Positions 1 through 11,899 are shown, counted from the whole stretch's first letter. The stretch is 63,999 nt of DNA, filler included, from Olpidium bornovanus S191 (GCA_017911155.1; 32 parts of 32 records of this genome joined end to end with filler, not necessarily neighbours in it); one strand, 5' to 3'. Made by a program: numbers and translations. The notes: generated by a model from the sequence alone, not told the origin.

Positions 1-330
1 CATTTTTTTGTTCACGAGAAGGTTCAGCACGACAACCTTGTCATTCTCCCCGTTTCCACCTCCGCGAATACTGCTGATTTATTCGCCAAACCTCTCCCTA
101 AGCCGCGTTTTACCGCATGCGTTAACGAACTTGGACTCGTCATCCTTTAATCTCCAATGTTTTTCTTCCTTATTCACCCATCCGTACATTGAGGGGGGGG
201 TAATTCGCATTTATTCCTTCCATCCTTCCTTTTCTTTTTCCTCTCGTTTGGATCCCTGGCGGTTAGTCAGAACCCTTTAGTCTTTCTACTACTACTGTTT
301 ACGCGTTCTGTGAATAAACCGCGCCCCTCA
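1..330 (+). mobile_element. Ty1/copia retrotransposon 3' end: RNase H C-terminus, polypurine tract, probable short 3' LTR
   Basis: Frame 1 reads HFFVHEKVQHDNLVILPVSTSANTADLFAKPLPKPRFTACVNELGLVIL* (stop 148-150), matching the copia ending HF(V/I)RE..ADx[21 protein letters not shown] at 191-200, AATAAA at 313-318, segment ends CA at 329-330. Confidence 0.8.
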
Positions 331-838
331 CGTGGCGAAAACCAAAAAGTCCTACACCTATGGTGATTTTCCGACCAAACACACCCCCTGGAAACTAAAG
401 CCGTTACCGATATCGCAGGCGCATTACGACAAGCTCCTGGACTTACTCCGAGCCCGACTTCGACGGAAAGTCCTCGAGCCGGCGCAAGGACCATATTCGA
501 ACCGTTGGTCTACGGTTCCAAAAAAAGACGGGAGCTTACGGTTCATTCAGGACCTGCGGGCTGTCAACGCTGTGACAGTTCGAAATGCGGGGGCCGCCCC
601 AATATTGGACAATTACGTCGAGCTCTTTGCTGCGCGCGCGATCTATTCTATGGCCGACCTGTTTTCAGGATACGACCAGTTTCAGTTGGAAATCGCGTCG
701 AGGGAACTGACGGCCATGCAGACCCCGTTGGGGTTGCTCCGACTGAGCATCATTGGGATGGGCGGGACCAGCTCCGTTGGGCATGTTCAGGCTGGGCTAA
801 GCAAGGTATTCCGCGACTTCATTCCGCTTCACATCGTG
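331..838 (+). mobile_element. Ty3/gypsy pol fragment (reverse transcriptase N-half), truncated before YxDD
   Basis: HTPWKLKPLP..GPYSNRWSTVPKKDGSLRFIQDLRAVN..DLFSGYDQ..TAMQTPLGLLRL..MG. Similarity is lost after FRDFIP (about 835). Confidence 0.9.
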
Positions 839-1342
839 CTCGGAAATGACCCCATCTCGGCGTGTCCAGACAGCGCGCGTTTGGAAGGTTCGGCCGCCGC
901 CTCGGTGCAGACTCGTTTCTCGTCCCCACGCGCGTCCATGTGCGCGCAGGTGACCTGACATCCGGCGATGCACGCAGTGCTTGTGGGCGTCCAGGCCGAG
1001 GCGTCCCAGGCTTCAGACCGCGACTCTGCAAGCCACCAATCACGCACATTTGAAGACGAGCTCGAAGAACCTCTTGAAGAGTTGCTCAGGCCATTCTCCG
1101 GTAATTGATCGCCGAGCCAATCATGGTGGGCCCGCATCGCGAATCCGGGGACAGCGGGGGGGTTCGTCAACCCCGAGCCCCGGGGCCCTAGGGGCGCGTA
1201 GCCTTGCTCCTCCCGCACTGTCTCCCAGATCCCTCCTCACCCNNNNNNNNNNNNNNNNNNNNNNNNNNNNNNNNNNNNNNNNNNNNTTAATTAATTAANN
1301 NNNNNNNNNNNNNNNNNNNNNNNNNNNNNNNNNNNNNNNNNN

Positions 1343-2701
1343 CATGGCAGATGAGATTTACGAACAATGCCAGGGCCGACTTGACGCCGTTTTTGTCGGC
1401 GTGGAGAGCGGCAGCGCCGCGGCCGGCCTGAACAAATATTTGAAATCGCGCATCGCGAACGTCAAGGTGAGCCTTCTGTTTTGTCGAATCTGGCTTCGCA
1501 AACGCTTATTATACCCGACGCTCACGCCGACCCCAGATAATAGCTGTAGAGTCATCGAACTCGTCGCTTTCGGGCAAGACACCTTCGAAGACGAAAATCA
1601 CAAAGACTTGGCGGGTAGAGGATCTTGGTAATACGTTCGCGTCCGATGTCTTAAAAGGGACAACTTTTGATGGCTGGGTAAAAGTGGACGACCGCGACGC
1701 GTACAGCTACGCCCGCCGGTTGTGTAGAGAAAATGGTCTCCTCTGCGGTAAGAGTTTGAAAAGGTGGGAACAGTTGTCGAGGTCGGCCCGTCAAGTGTTC
1801 ACTCATTTTGGCCATCTCAACATGTGAACTAGGCCCGTCGTCTGGCGCCACCCTTTGCGCTGCGGTGCGATATGCTGCTCAGGAAGGTCTGCCTGACGGA
1901 GCGCGCATTGTGGTCGTGCTGAACGACAGCGCGCGGAACTACCAGTCCCCCCTCCTTTCCGACGAGTGGCTCGTGGAGAATGACCTGGCGGACGAATCCA
2001 CCACCCAGCAGCTCCTGTATCGCGCGATTGATAAATACCGAGGAGTGAGTTTAGCACTACTGCGCTATCTTGCGAGGTACCGAACCACTAAAATATCTGC
2101 TAGGCCTCCATCGAAGATCTCCAGTTGCCGGCAGCCGTTTGTGTGACCAGGCAGACGTCCATATCGTCCTCCCTGGACATCATGGAAACCAACGGCTTCT
2201 CTCAAGTGCCCGTCGTGAACGATGCTCGAGGATTTGTCGGGTTTCTGTCTTTGGAGAACGTCCAATTACGGCTCGAGTCTGGGCAGGCGTCGTTTGAGGA
2301 TCCGGTGGAAAAGTGGATGTACACCTTCTCGCGGAGCGGTTCGGGGAACGGCCACAAGAATTACAAAGTCATAACCCCGGACACGTCCCTTGCTGAGCTT
2401 GACGAGTTCTTTGAACTTTTCCCTGCGGTTAGCACGTCGTCCAACGCCTAGTGGGTGCGGACGGGTACATGCAACTAATCAATGCCCTTCGGCTGTCAGG
2501 CATTCGTGACGGACGAGCAACGCAAGTTCTGCCTCGGGGTGGTGACGAAGTATGATCTCGTCAGCTTCTTGTCCAGGAGCCCCTCGTCGGCGTTCCAGGA
2601 GCCGCTGCAGTTCCAACAAACGGCACCGCAGGAATCCGAGAAGCTTCCAGTCGCCGGTTCAATTCAGGCAGAGGCGCCGCCGCCGCTTTTTTCGCTTGAG
2701 G
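1343..2701 (+). CDS. Cystathionine beta-synthase-like protein, C-terminal half with CBS domains (partial at both ends, 5 exons)
   Basis: Exons 1343-1466, 1537-1747, 1833-2044, 2104-2427, 2500->2701 splice in frame at GT-AG sites: ARRLCRENGLLCGPSSGA..RIVVVLNDSARNY..KYRGASIEDLQLP..GFSQVPVV..GVVTKYDLVSFL. Confidence 0.85.
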
Positions 2702-3005
2702 NNNNNNNNNNNNNNNNNNNNNNNNNNNNNNNNNNNNNNNNNNNNTTAATTAATTAANNNNNNNNNNNNNNNNNNNNNNNNNNNNNNNNNNNNNNNNNNN
2801 NGTACGAGGGGAAGGCGGCAGGCGACACGGAGGCGTGGTCGGTGAGCACAGCTAGTATAAACCTCGCGTCGTCCACGGACCCGAATCGGAGATGCGGTGC
2901 GATGTTGCTGAGGATGAACATGTTTGCAGGTGTGGAAAACACCTTTCCATCCCCTCACCGCTCCCGCGTTTGGGGACGAGACGGCCGCGTTGTCGTCCTT
3001 TTTTT

Positions 3006-3048
<43 letters not shown>

Positions 3049-4227
3049 TTCCCCCTGTGGCGCAAACAAGCCCCGAGAACGAAGAGAGGCAGACGAAGAC
3101 GGATAGAGATTGACTGCGGAGTTGGAACGGGCGCCCGCCGATGCCGATGCTTTTGCGGGATGAACTCGGGCGGCCCGCATCCGCCAGATTTCCGCCTCGC
3201 GGCTGATTTGAGAGGGACCTGGTGGTGGGAAAACTGACGGCAAGTCGATGGAGGAGCACCGCCAGCTCGAGGAGATCGTGATGAGAGCGGCGCACCACTT
3301 CCCAGCGGAGCACCAGGTTTCCCCCCGCCCCGCACCATTTTGATTCCTTGCCCCCCCCTCCCACGCGCTCCCTGTATTCCAGGCCAGGAGAAATATCCCC
3401 AGCGGGCAACGACGTGGCCGCTGCGCGCTCGCGGAGGGGAAAACTCGGGATGTTTTGCGAGCAAGGCCGCCTTGAGCTGCTCTCATTTCTGCTTTAACAC
3501 TTCCCGGATCGAGCACGTCGTTTGTCCATCTGGTCGTCCGGCGCATCCCTGGGATTGGAGCACCGCAAGAAACTTTCGCGTTCTTTTCTCTTATATTGTG
3601 TGAATTTTGTGGGAGTTACGGGAAAAAATAGGAAGAGGGAAGGAGGAATATATCTGTGGTCACGTGACTGATTTATCCTCCCTCTTGCAGGGACTATGTA
3701 ACTTATATGGGAACTGGATTGGGAATAAATAGTGCCGGCAAATCAAAGGATAAATTGAGACTCAGGGTGTGACGTTAATGACTCCATGTAACAGAAGTAG
3801 GTAAAACGAGGTAGGTCAGAGAAAAGAAGAAAATGAGATAAGGAAAGGGTCTCATAAATCTTATCAAACAGGTTTATTCACCGGCGACTCGAGGCCGCGC
3901 GGACANNNNNNNNNNNNNNNNNNNNNNNNNNNNNNNNNNNNNNNNNNNNTTAATTAATTAANNNNNNNNNNNNNNNNNNNNNNNNNNNNNNNNNNNNNNN
4001 NNNNNCATCAGGTCCTTTTTATACTGCAGGGTAATAGTAAACTTACAGGGGTGAACAAGGGGCAGATGCGCACGGTGTAGCTGCGCCTCCCCCTTTATTC
4101 TATTCTACCCCTTTATTCCTTACACCGCCCGCCCTGCCCCGCCCCGCCCCCACTCCGCCGGCCGCCCCTCGCCTCCCTTTCCGCGAAGCTAGCTTACGCG
4201 GTAGACGGGGGAAGAAAAGAAAGCGAC

Positions 4228-4474
4228 ATGGCGGTCAGCGAATCCTTCGTGTCGGGGGCGAACCCGCTGCGCGACCCGCTCGCCCTGTTCCTCGTCCAGG
4301 TGCTGCTCATCGTGGTCGTTTCTCGCGCGCTCGCCGTCGGGCTCGGCTACCTCAAGCAGCCGAGGGTCATCGCGGAGGTTATCGGCGGCATCCTCCTGGG
4401 CCCCTCGGCGCTCTCCAGGTGGCAGCCTTTCAAGGACAACATGTTCCCGAACGTGCGTCCTCCGCGACCCTCCC

Positions 4475-4514
<40 letters not shown>

Positions 4515-5647
4515 CCCCCCCCCCCCCCCCCCCCGCGCACCCCCATTGCCCCCGCCGTTCGCCGCGGACGTCCGTGCCGGCCTTCCCCCGTTAAAGCCCG
4601 GGACTGCCCCTGCAAAACCGTCTTGGCATGTCCGCAGGAATCGCTTGGAAGGTTCAGCCTTATCGCCAACTTTGCTCTTATTTTCTTTCTCTACCTTGTC
4701 GGCCTGGAGCTCCACCCGTCAAGTCTCAAGGAGAAAGCGAGGGCTTCGGCGCTCGTTTCTCTCGTCGGCATTGTGGTCCCTTTCGGGGCCGGCGCCGGCG
4801 TCATGAAGATAATCTATGAGAACTTCGGCGACCCGCAGGTCCCCTTTTACGCTTTCTTTGTGTTCGGGGGAGTTGCCATGTGCATCACCGGTGCGAATCT
4901 CCTTCGGCCTTCTCGTTCAGGGGTACCACGGATTCTTTGAAACGCCTTACCGTTGGTGGACGCCCGCCCTCCCCCGGAACAGCGTTCCCGGTTCTGGCTC
5001 GGATCCTCACCGAGCGCAGGCTCATTTCGGTGCCTGTGGGACAGACAACCCTCGCGGCGGCGGCAGTGGACGACGCAGTAGCCTGGACCCTACTTGTGCT
5101 GGTCGTGGCGCTCATCAACAACGCCCTACCGTCGTCTTCCGCGGCGGTGCCCCACACGTCCAACCCGGTGGAAGCCGTTTATGTTTTCTTGCTCGTACTC
5201 GCCTGGGCGCTCCTGTTGTGGTTCGCCGTCCGCCCTCTTCTCGCCAAGTTTGTGCTGAAGACGTCATCAGAGCAGGCGGCGTCGGAGATGTCCGTGACAG
5301 TGATCTTTCTTTTGATCTGCGTCAGCGCGTTCTACACCCAAGCCGTCGGGGTGCACGCCATCTTCGGCGGCTTCCTCGTCGGCCTGATCACGCCTCACGA
5401 ACGCGGCTTCGCCATCAAGCTGACGGAGAAGATCGAGGACCTGGTCGGCGTCCTGCTGCTACCCCTGGTATGCCGGGCGATGGAAAAAAAAAAGAATAGA
5501 AAAGTTGTTCCGGGTCGCGGCACGGTAGCATGCCGCGAATTGTCGTCGAACGTACCCGACATATACTAAAAAAAACTTTTCTTAAAAAACGCCGCAGTAC
5601 TTTGCGTACTCCGGCTTGAACACAAACATCGGCGCGTTGACAGATGC
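4228..5647 (+). CDS. KHA1: K+/H+ antiporter (CPA2/CHX family), N-terminal part
   Basis: LKQPRVIAEVIGGILLGPSAL, FLYLVGLEL, AFPVLARILTE, AAAVDDAVAW, GVHAIFGGFLVG, EKIEDLV..LLLPL|YFAYSGLNTNIG; GT-AG introns. Confidence 0.92.
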
Positions 5648-5747
5648 NNNNNNNNNNNNNNNNNNNNNNNNNNNNNNNNNNNNNNNNNNNNTTAATTAAT
5701 TAANNNNNNNNNNNNNNNNNNNNNNNNNNNNNNNNNNNNNNNNNNNN

Positions 5748-6465
5748 CATGAACTTCGAGAGCCCTTGCTGCCTCGTTCATCTGTTCCGGGGTACCCCAC
5801 ATAAACACCGCAGGAGCTGTTGCGATGTCAGTTTAGACATTAAAGGGCTGAGACATTACAAACAGGACATATCCAGTTTCCCCGCGTACGGTGTATGTTG
5901 GCCTTTAGGTATGTGTTCGTTTGCGTCTCGATAGAGTTTATTATACTCTGGTCTTTCCCAAAAAGCTTTTCCGGTGGAACTCCAAGCGGGATCTGAGGAT
6001 GACCGCGCGAGCAAAGCATTAGACCCGCCAAATCGCTCCGGCAGCCGGCGTTCTTCGCTCGTATCCCAGCATAGCGGCTTACGAGCCATTCACGCGACGG
6101 TTGGTCTTGGGACGCGGCAGACCGGGGAGGACGCGCCTTCGAAGCGGCGCCTAATTGCCGGGACATGGCGTGGTTTTGTTGTTGTCGCCGCTGCTGCTGC
6201 TCGAGAACGGCCGAACTGGGCAGGTCAGGATGGTCCTGCCCGAGCTGCCCCGGGGCCGCGCGCGTCCGTGCCGGTTCGTCCGCTTCGTTTGTAGCACCCG
6301 CGCCTTCGTCAGTCCCGTGCAGGTCCATCATCCAGTCGGCGGTCTGGGCCTCATCGACGTCGCTCTCGTCCGACACGTCGAGCCGGTTATTCCTGCCATG
6401 TCCAGTTCTGCGAACCCCCAACATTGCCTGCAAAGCGCAGTGGCCGGCTCGTTCGTTTCTGGAGT
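5748..6465 (-). CDS. KH-domain-like protein fragment preceded by an acidic/polyQ low-complexity region
   Basis: Manual splicing (GTAAGC..CAG, GTACGC..CAG) gives EWL|IPLGVPPEKLFGKDQSIINSIETQTNTYLKANIHP|PAVFMWGTPEQMNEAARAL, which follows the KH pattern with a non-canonical GxxG loop. Confidence 0.5.
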
Positions 6466-6484
6466 TTTTAGCAAGCTTTTTTTT

Positions 6485-6515
<31 letters not shown>

Positions 6516-6658
6516 CCTTCTTGCCGACCGGGAGAGGAGCTCAGAACCACCCTCTTTGAGAGAGGTTTTCGCCGTTCGACGTCCGGCGTTGTGTTTTCCT
6601 TCTTTTCTTGTATTTTTTTTCCGGGACTCAGGGGGAGGGGGAATGGACGGAGAGCGCG

Positions 6659-6696
<38 letters not shown>

Positions 6697-6974
6697 CTTG
6701 GGCGGCCGGAAGAGCGGCACAACCAGGAAGACTCGGTAACTCGAATTTGAGAAAGCCGGAGTGTGGCAAACCAAAACCCGGATAAAGTCGACGCCTGCAG
6801 AGCGGGATGGGAGTGGGCGCAGTCCATGCCCTCTCGCTGCCCTCTGGCGACCGCCATCGTGCTTTGTATTTTTCAAGCATATGTTCCGCACACATAGTGC
6901 CCTTATCACCGTCTTGTACTGAAGGTCTTCTCACACTGACTGCCACCTTTGCCGCTTAACCTTGCCGCAGTACA

Positions 6975-7365
6975 TCCGACAACTCGTTCGACTTCGAAGT
7001 CGTCTCCCGCTGCGTCGATAGGGTCGGGTCGGGAGACGGCTCGTGGGACCGGGATCTCGGCGGGGTTACGGTAGGGCCGGAGGACGCTGGTGTGGAAGAC
7101 GCGGTGCAACCGCACTCCCGTCGGCAGGTCTAACCGGTAGTTGTCGTTCGCCAGTACCTCCTCGACCCGGTAAGGGCCGAGGTAGCGGGCCCGGTACTTG
7201 GCGGCCAGTGTCATATTCCAGAGATCGATCCCGCTGCGGTCGACCATCACGGAGTCCCCGCGTCAAAAGGCCTGCTCTCGACGCGGTCGGTTGTATTGCT
7301 TGGCCTGGGCGTCCTGCGCGGCCAAGATGTTGTTACGTGCCTGGGCGACGAGCGTCTTCATTCGG
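6975..7365 (-). mobile_element. Ty3/gypsy (chromovirus-type) integrase C-terminus and start of chromodomain, degenerate
   Basis: ARNNILAAQDAQAKQYN..F*RGDSVMV..KYRARYLGPYRV..YRLDLP..LHRVFHTSVLRPY..DFEVERVV. In-frame TGA at 7263-7265; chromodomain is cut off. Confidence 0.9.
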
Positions 7366-7466
7366 NNNNNNNNNNNNNNNNNNNNNNNNNNNNNNNNNNN
7401 NNNNNNNNNTTAATTAATTAANNNNNNNNNNNNNNNNNNNNNNNNNNNNNNNNNNNNNNNNNNNNG

Positions 7467-7560
<94 letters not shown>

Positions 7561-7691
7561 AAGAAAGAAAAAAAAAAAGCGGAAGCGAGCGGTGAGGGGG
7601 TGAGGGGAAGATTGGCGCGCTCCGCGGTACGGCTCGTCTACCAAAGCCCCGGGGCCGAGAACAGAGCGATCCTAAACCGAGGTCGCCGGAC

Positions 7692-9393
7692 TTGAAACGG
7701 ACGCAGCGCTGCTCTCATGCCTTTACCTTTGGACTCCGTTCGCAAAGCGCCCTGCAAAACGACGACAAATTGCGGCGGGCGGCCCTCCCGATCCTGCGGA
7801 GATTGCTGCCGTCGTGGGCGGACGTCACCGGACCGGAACTAAAGTGCAAGCGTGTTAGCGGCGCGCTCACAAACTGCATCTTCGTTGTCGAAGGGCCTCC
7901 GTCGCGGACAGCGTCCTGTTCCGAGGAAGAGCACGCGGCAGGCTGTGACGCCGTACGCGAGCCCAGTGACGAGCGGCATCAACAACCGCTGGCGACCTCT
8001 GTCAATTCGCCGCCGCCGGGCGGAACTGCCAGCGCCGCTTCGCGCAAAGTCATGATGCGGGTGTACGGCGTGGGGTCAGATTCGCTGCTGGTTCGCGAAA
8101 AAGAAATCACCTGGTTGCGGCGGCTGTCGCGTTTGGGCATCGGCGCCCGGCTGCTCGGGACGTTCGGCAACGGACGTTTGGAGCAGTATCTCCCGTCGAC
8201 GACTCTTACTAAGGCCGATCTTCGCGCCCCGGAGCCCTCGGCCGCCATAGCCGCGCGCATGGCCGAGATGCACTCCATCGTCGCCGTCTTTCCCGCCCGC
8301 CGCGAGAGTGCCACCGCAGATACCTCCCTCTCGGACGACAGCTTGGCGGAGTACGACCTCCCCGGCGACCTCGAACTCTGGGCCAACGTCCGGAAGTGGG
8401 TTCCGCTTGCGCTCGAGGCCGCCAAGGAACTTGCGCGCATTGAACCCGAGAAGTGGGCGACATACGAGGACCGGATTGGTTTGTTCACGCTCCACGAAGA
8501 CATCGCCGCCCTGAAGGAGCGAATCGATCGGTGCCAATCATTGATCGTTTTTGCGCATAACGATGTAAGCCATCTCATGCATCTCTGCGGTCGTTCTTGG
8601 TGTGTTACCGATATCCCCTCACTGTTGGCATACCGCGCAAAAAATGCGACGTCGCCTTACTTTATGTACCCCAGGTAATTGCGTCTGGCGTCAATCCCTG
8701 ACTCGATCGTGTTCCCCTCGGACATTTCTAGACCCAGTACGGAAATATTCTCCGACTTGATTGCAACAAGATGCTCGTCTTGGTCGACTTCGAGTATGCC
8801 GGATATAACTATCGCGGCTTCGACATCGGTACGTCGGTGTGTTGCACGCTAGAGTCACCGATTACGTTTTGGACTGACGATGCCGCCAAATTCAAAATAA
8901 AAACCACGTCAATCTATCAGCCAACCACTTCTGCGAATGGATGGCAGACTACCACTCCTCGGAGCCGCACAAGCTGTGGCTGCATCGTTACCCGAGTACG
9001 ACGGAGCAAATTCGGTTCATCGAGTCATACGTGGACGCCGCCGCGGAAGCGCCCCCGCCGCTTCCGATTTTCTCCCCGCAGGTTGCGTCGGACGCATGGG
9101 CACCGTCGGCTTCCCTTCCCAGCCAGTCTGGTTTATGCCTATCTCCGGTCACGTCCGATGCGAAGCCGCCCGGGCCCACCCGGTCTGAGACGGTGCACGC
9201 TCTCCTAGGGGAGGTGCGTCTGTTCGTCCCGGCGTCCCACCTCTGGTGGGCCCTCTGGGGTTTGGTGCAGGCAACGCAGAGCGAGATCGATTTCGACTAC
9301 TTAGAGTACGCGGCCCAACGGTTCGAACTGTTCAGGGACGGCATTCGTACCAAACCTGCAGACGGCGGACTGGCCGACATGGACGCGGAATGA
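7692..9393 (+). CDS. Choline/ethanolamine kinase (CKI1/EKI1 family); 5' end uncertain
   Basis: RVSGALTNCIF, KVMMRVYG, LLGTFGNGRLEQYL, FAHND|TQYGNIL (Brenner motif), VDFEYAGYNYRGFDIG|NHFCEW, HLWWALWGLVQA..IDFDYLEYA; stop at 9391-9393. Confidence 0.93.
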
Positions 9394-10373
9394 TGACGAC
9401 GGGAATTCCCGGTCCCCGTCCTGACTGTGTTCCGACCAACCTATTTTTTTTTCTTTTCCGTTGTTTGTCCTTTTTCTCTCCGCTGTGGTATATCGCACCC
9501 TGCGTTTTTTTCCCCTCCGCTCTCTACATTTCTTTCTCTCATTCCCCCCCCCCCCCCCCCCCCCCCCCCCCTTCTTTCTTTCGTTTCTTGGGGGCTGCTT
9601 TTGAGACCCACTCTGTCGTGTCCGTAAATAAAAAATGGTTTATTCGCGCTCCTAAAGATAATGGAGGCAACAGCGTGCAAAATCAAGGTGGAGTTGGTGG
9701 GAGGGGCATGGGGAAACATTAAAGGCGGAGAGCCTCGGTGCTTCTAGAATTCCCTATCCCCTCATCACACTGACTTCCCTACTTCCCGTGATTTCTGTGC
9801 TATTCTTCATCAACAGGTCACTCTCANNNNNNNNNNNNNNNNNNNNNNNNNNNNNNNNNNNNNNNNNNNNTTAATTAATTAANNNNNNNNNNNNNNNNNN
9901 NNNNNNNNNNNNNNNNNNNNNNNNNNAAGGCGGGGACCGAAAGGTATATGTCATACGGAGATGGAAGCTGTATGCAAGAATTTAGCGGATGGGAGAGAGG
10001 CGGAATTTGGACGGGAAGTGGGGGGAGAGGTGGGTCGCCATACATGAGAATATGATGAAACAATAACCTTCCCGTTAGGTAAAGATACCGACAGGGTCCT
10101 CGTTAATGCGCACAGGGGCGAGATATGCGCTAGCGGAAACTCCTTCCTCCGCAGCCGTCCTTCCTCGCACGGCGTCTCGCAACGCGATCGTAAACCAGCG
10201 CCGTACTAACAGCACGGCCCGGAGCGTTTGCGCCGGCGGCGTGGCCTTGTGGGGGGAGTCCTCGCTCCAGTCGGCGCACGGCCACGACGAGGGGGGGAAG
10301 GGGAGGCCGGGGGGGGGGGGGCAAAGAGTTCTCAGGTTGGACAACCCGCGGCGCTCCGAACAGGAGAGTTCCT

Positions 10374-11366
10374 TTAATCCTTGCGCCCCTTCTTCGGGTA
10401 CGGCTCGCTTCCAAACACGAACGACTGAGCGTTGGGCGGCGGGATACCGCCCAAATTGACAGTCCTTCCAAGGAGCGTGATGGCTTCCGGGACGGCGAAC
10501 CCGGTGTTTACGTAGCGACGCTTGCGGGTCTCCCCAAGCGGTCCCAAAGAGATGCCGCCTCCTTCGAAGCTGCTGGGAAGGGCCAGCTGGTCGTCGAGGG
10601 AGAGGCCATTAAAGGCAAGCTCCTGTTGCTGCATTTGGTGCGGCTGCGGTCGCAGCGCGTGCCCAGACACGTTGAGATTTTCGACAACGGCCGGCGCTGC
10701 CGGCGAAGGAGAAGCAGGCGCGAAAGTGAACTGAGCGGGGTCCTGCATCTCCGCCTGCTGGTGGTGACGGCGATGGTGTTCGGGCTGTTGCTGCTGCTGC
10801 TGCGGCTGCTGATGCTGGGAAGGCGTAAGCTCGTGGGAAGTCGTCTCGCCCGAAGGGTGTTGTTCGGGAACAATGGCCACGACGGAGCCGTCATCGGGCG
10901 GGTTAGCCAGGGAGACCGATCTGCCGGAGGCGGGCGCGGCCGCGTCGTCGTCGACGGTGGCCTGGGCGTACCGTTCGCTCGTAAAACGGTAGAGGTCCGA
11001 AAGCGGAACAGCCAGGCCGCTCCGCTCGTCGCCCCGCTCGCGCAGGAGCGTCACGAGGTCCTGCAGCGCCAGCACGTAGCCCTCCTGGTACGCCCGGCGG
11101 GTGAGCTTCAGCGAATCCTTGTACAGCTGGGTCACCGACATGGCCGCGTTCCGGAATGCGGACGACAACAGCTGCTCCGGTGTTGCCGCGGCCGGGCCCA
11201 TCGACTGCTGCTGCTGCTGCTGCTGCTCCGCGAGCGAGTTGCCGCCGCCTTGCTGCTGCTGCTGCTGCTGCGGCAGACCCTGCCGCTGGTCCTGGCGCCG
11301 CTGCTGCTGCTGCTGCAGGTGCGGCGCGGCGGCCACCCGCTGGCCGGTGTCTGCTGCGTCGTCCAT
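10374..11366 (-). CDS. HAPSTR1/C16orf72 (TAPR1-like)-family protein with polyQ tracts, apparently intronless, about 330 aa
   Basis: SAFRNAAMSVTQLYKDSLKLTRRAYQEGY resembles the human C16orf72 core (F..AA..VT.LYK.S), recalled from memory. ATG at 11366; CAG-encoded polyQ. Confidence 0.7.
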   Translation of the reverse strand: MDDAADTGQRVAAAPHLQQQQQRRQDQRQGLPQQQQQQQGGGNSLAEQQQQQQQSMGPAAATPEQLLSSAFRNAAMSVTQLYKDSLKLTRRAYQEGYVLALQDLVTLLRERGDERSGLAVPLSDLYRFTSERYAQATVDDDAAAPASGRSVSLANPPDDGSVVAIVPEQHPSGETTSHELTPSQHQQPQQQQQQPEHHRRHHQQAEMQDPAQFTFAPASPSPAAPAVVENLNVSGHALRPQPHQMQQQELAFNGLSLDDQLALPSSFEGGGISLGPLGETRKRRYVNTGFAVPEAITLLGRTVNLGGIPPPNAQSFVFGSEPYPKKGRKD

Positions 11367-11899
11367 GGGGCGTGGCCGGGGCGGGGAAAACGCGCGGGGG
11401 CAAACCGGGGGAGGGAAGCGCCCCGGGGCAGTCGGCGGGCGCTCCCGTGTGCGTTCTTTCCGGAACGAACACCGTGGCGGCGGTCGGTCCGTGGAGGAGG
11501 CGGAGGAGGGGAGGGAAGAAGGGAGGGGGGACGGGGACGACGGGCGCATGTTTAAACTTCAATTATTTATTTATTTATGCAGAATGGCCCGCGCGGACAG
11601 AACGGAACCCATTGTGAGATGACCCTCAAGCATAACCCCTGGGCAAAGCAGAACGGCCGAGCACATCACCCAGATGATATCAGATCACGCTCAGGCCATA
11701 ATGGCTGCATATCCCACCCAAACTATGGGACGAGGTCTGGACCACCTTTACAGCCGACCACTGCACAAATACCTAGATGGAAGTTTGCCGCTTCTCATGN
11801 NNNNNNNNNNNNNNNNNNNNNNNNNNNNNNNNNNNNNNNNNNNTTAATTAATTAANNNNNNNNNNNNNNNNNNNNNNNNNNNNNNNNNNNNNNNNNNNN

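Noticed and set aside
2802-3600. Coding fragments on either strand of contig 3
   Set aside because: One plausible plus-strand intron (2842-2929) but no consistent frame or recognisable family.
3871-3881. 11-mer GTGAATAAACC (minus strand) shared with the LTR candidate at 310-320, as a solo LTR
   Set aside because: No further similarity and no LTR boundaries visible.
10626-11555. Long antisense or alternate-frame ORFs over real genes (also 21920-22681, 33614-34573, 7979-8578)
   Set aside because: Expected shadow ORFs in GC-rich coding DNA; no recognisable motifs.
11660-11799. YPTQTMGRGLDHLYS as a LINE endonuclease relic
   Set aside because: A single short motif at a contig end; insufficient support.
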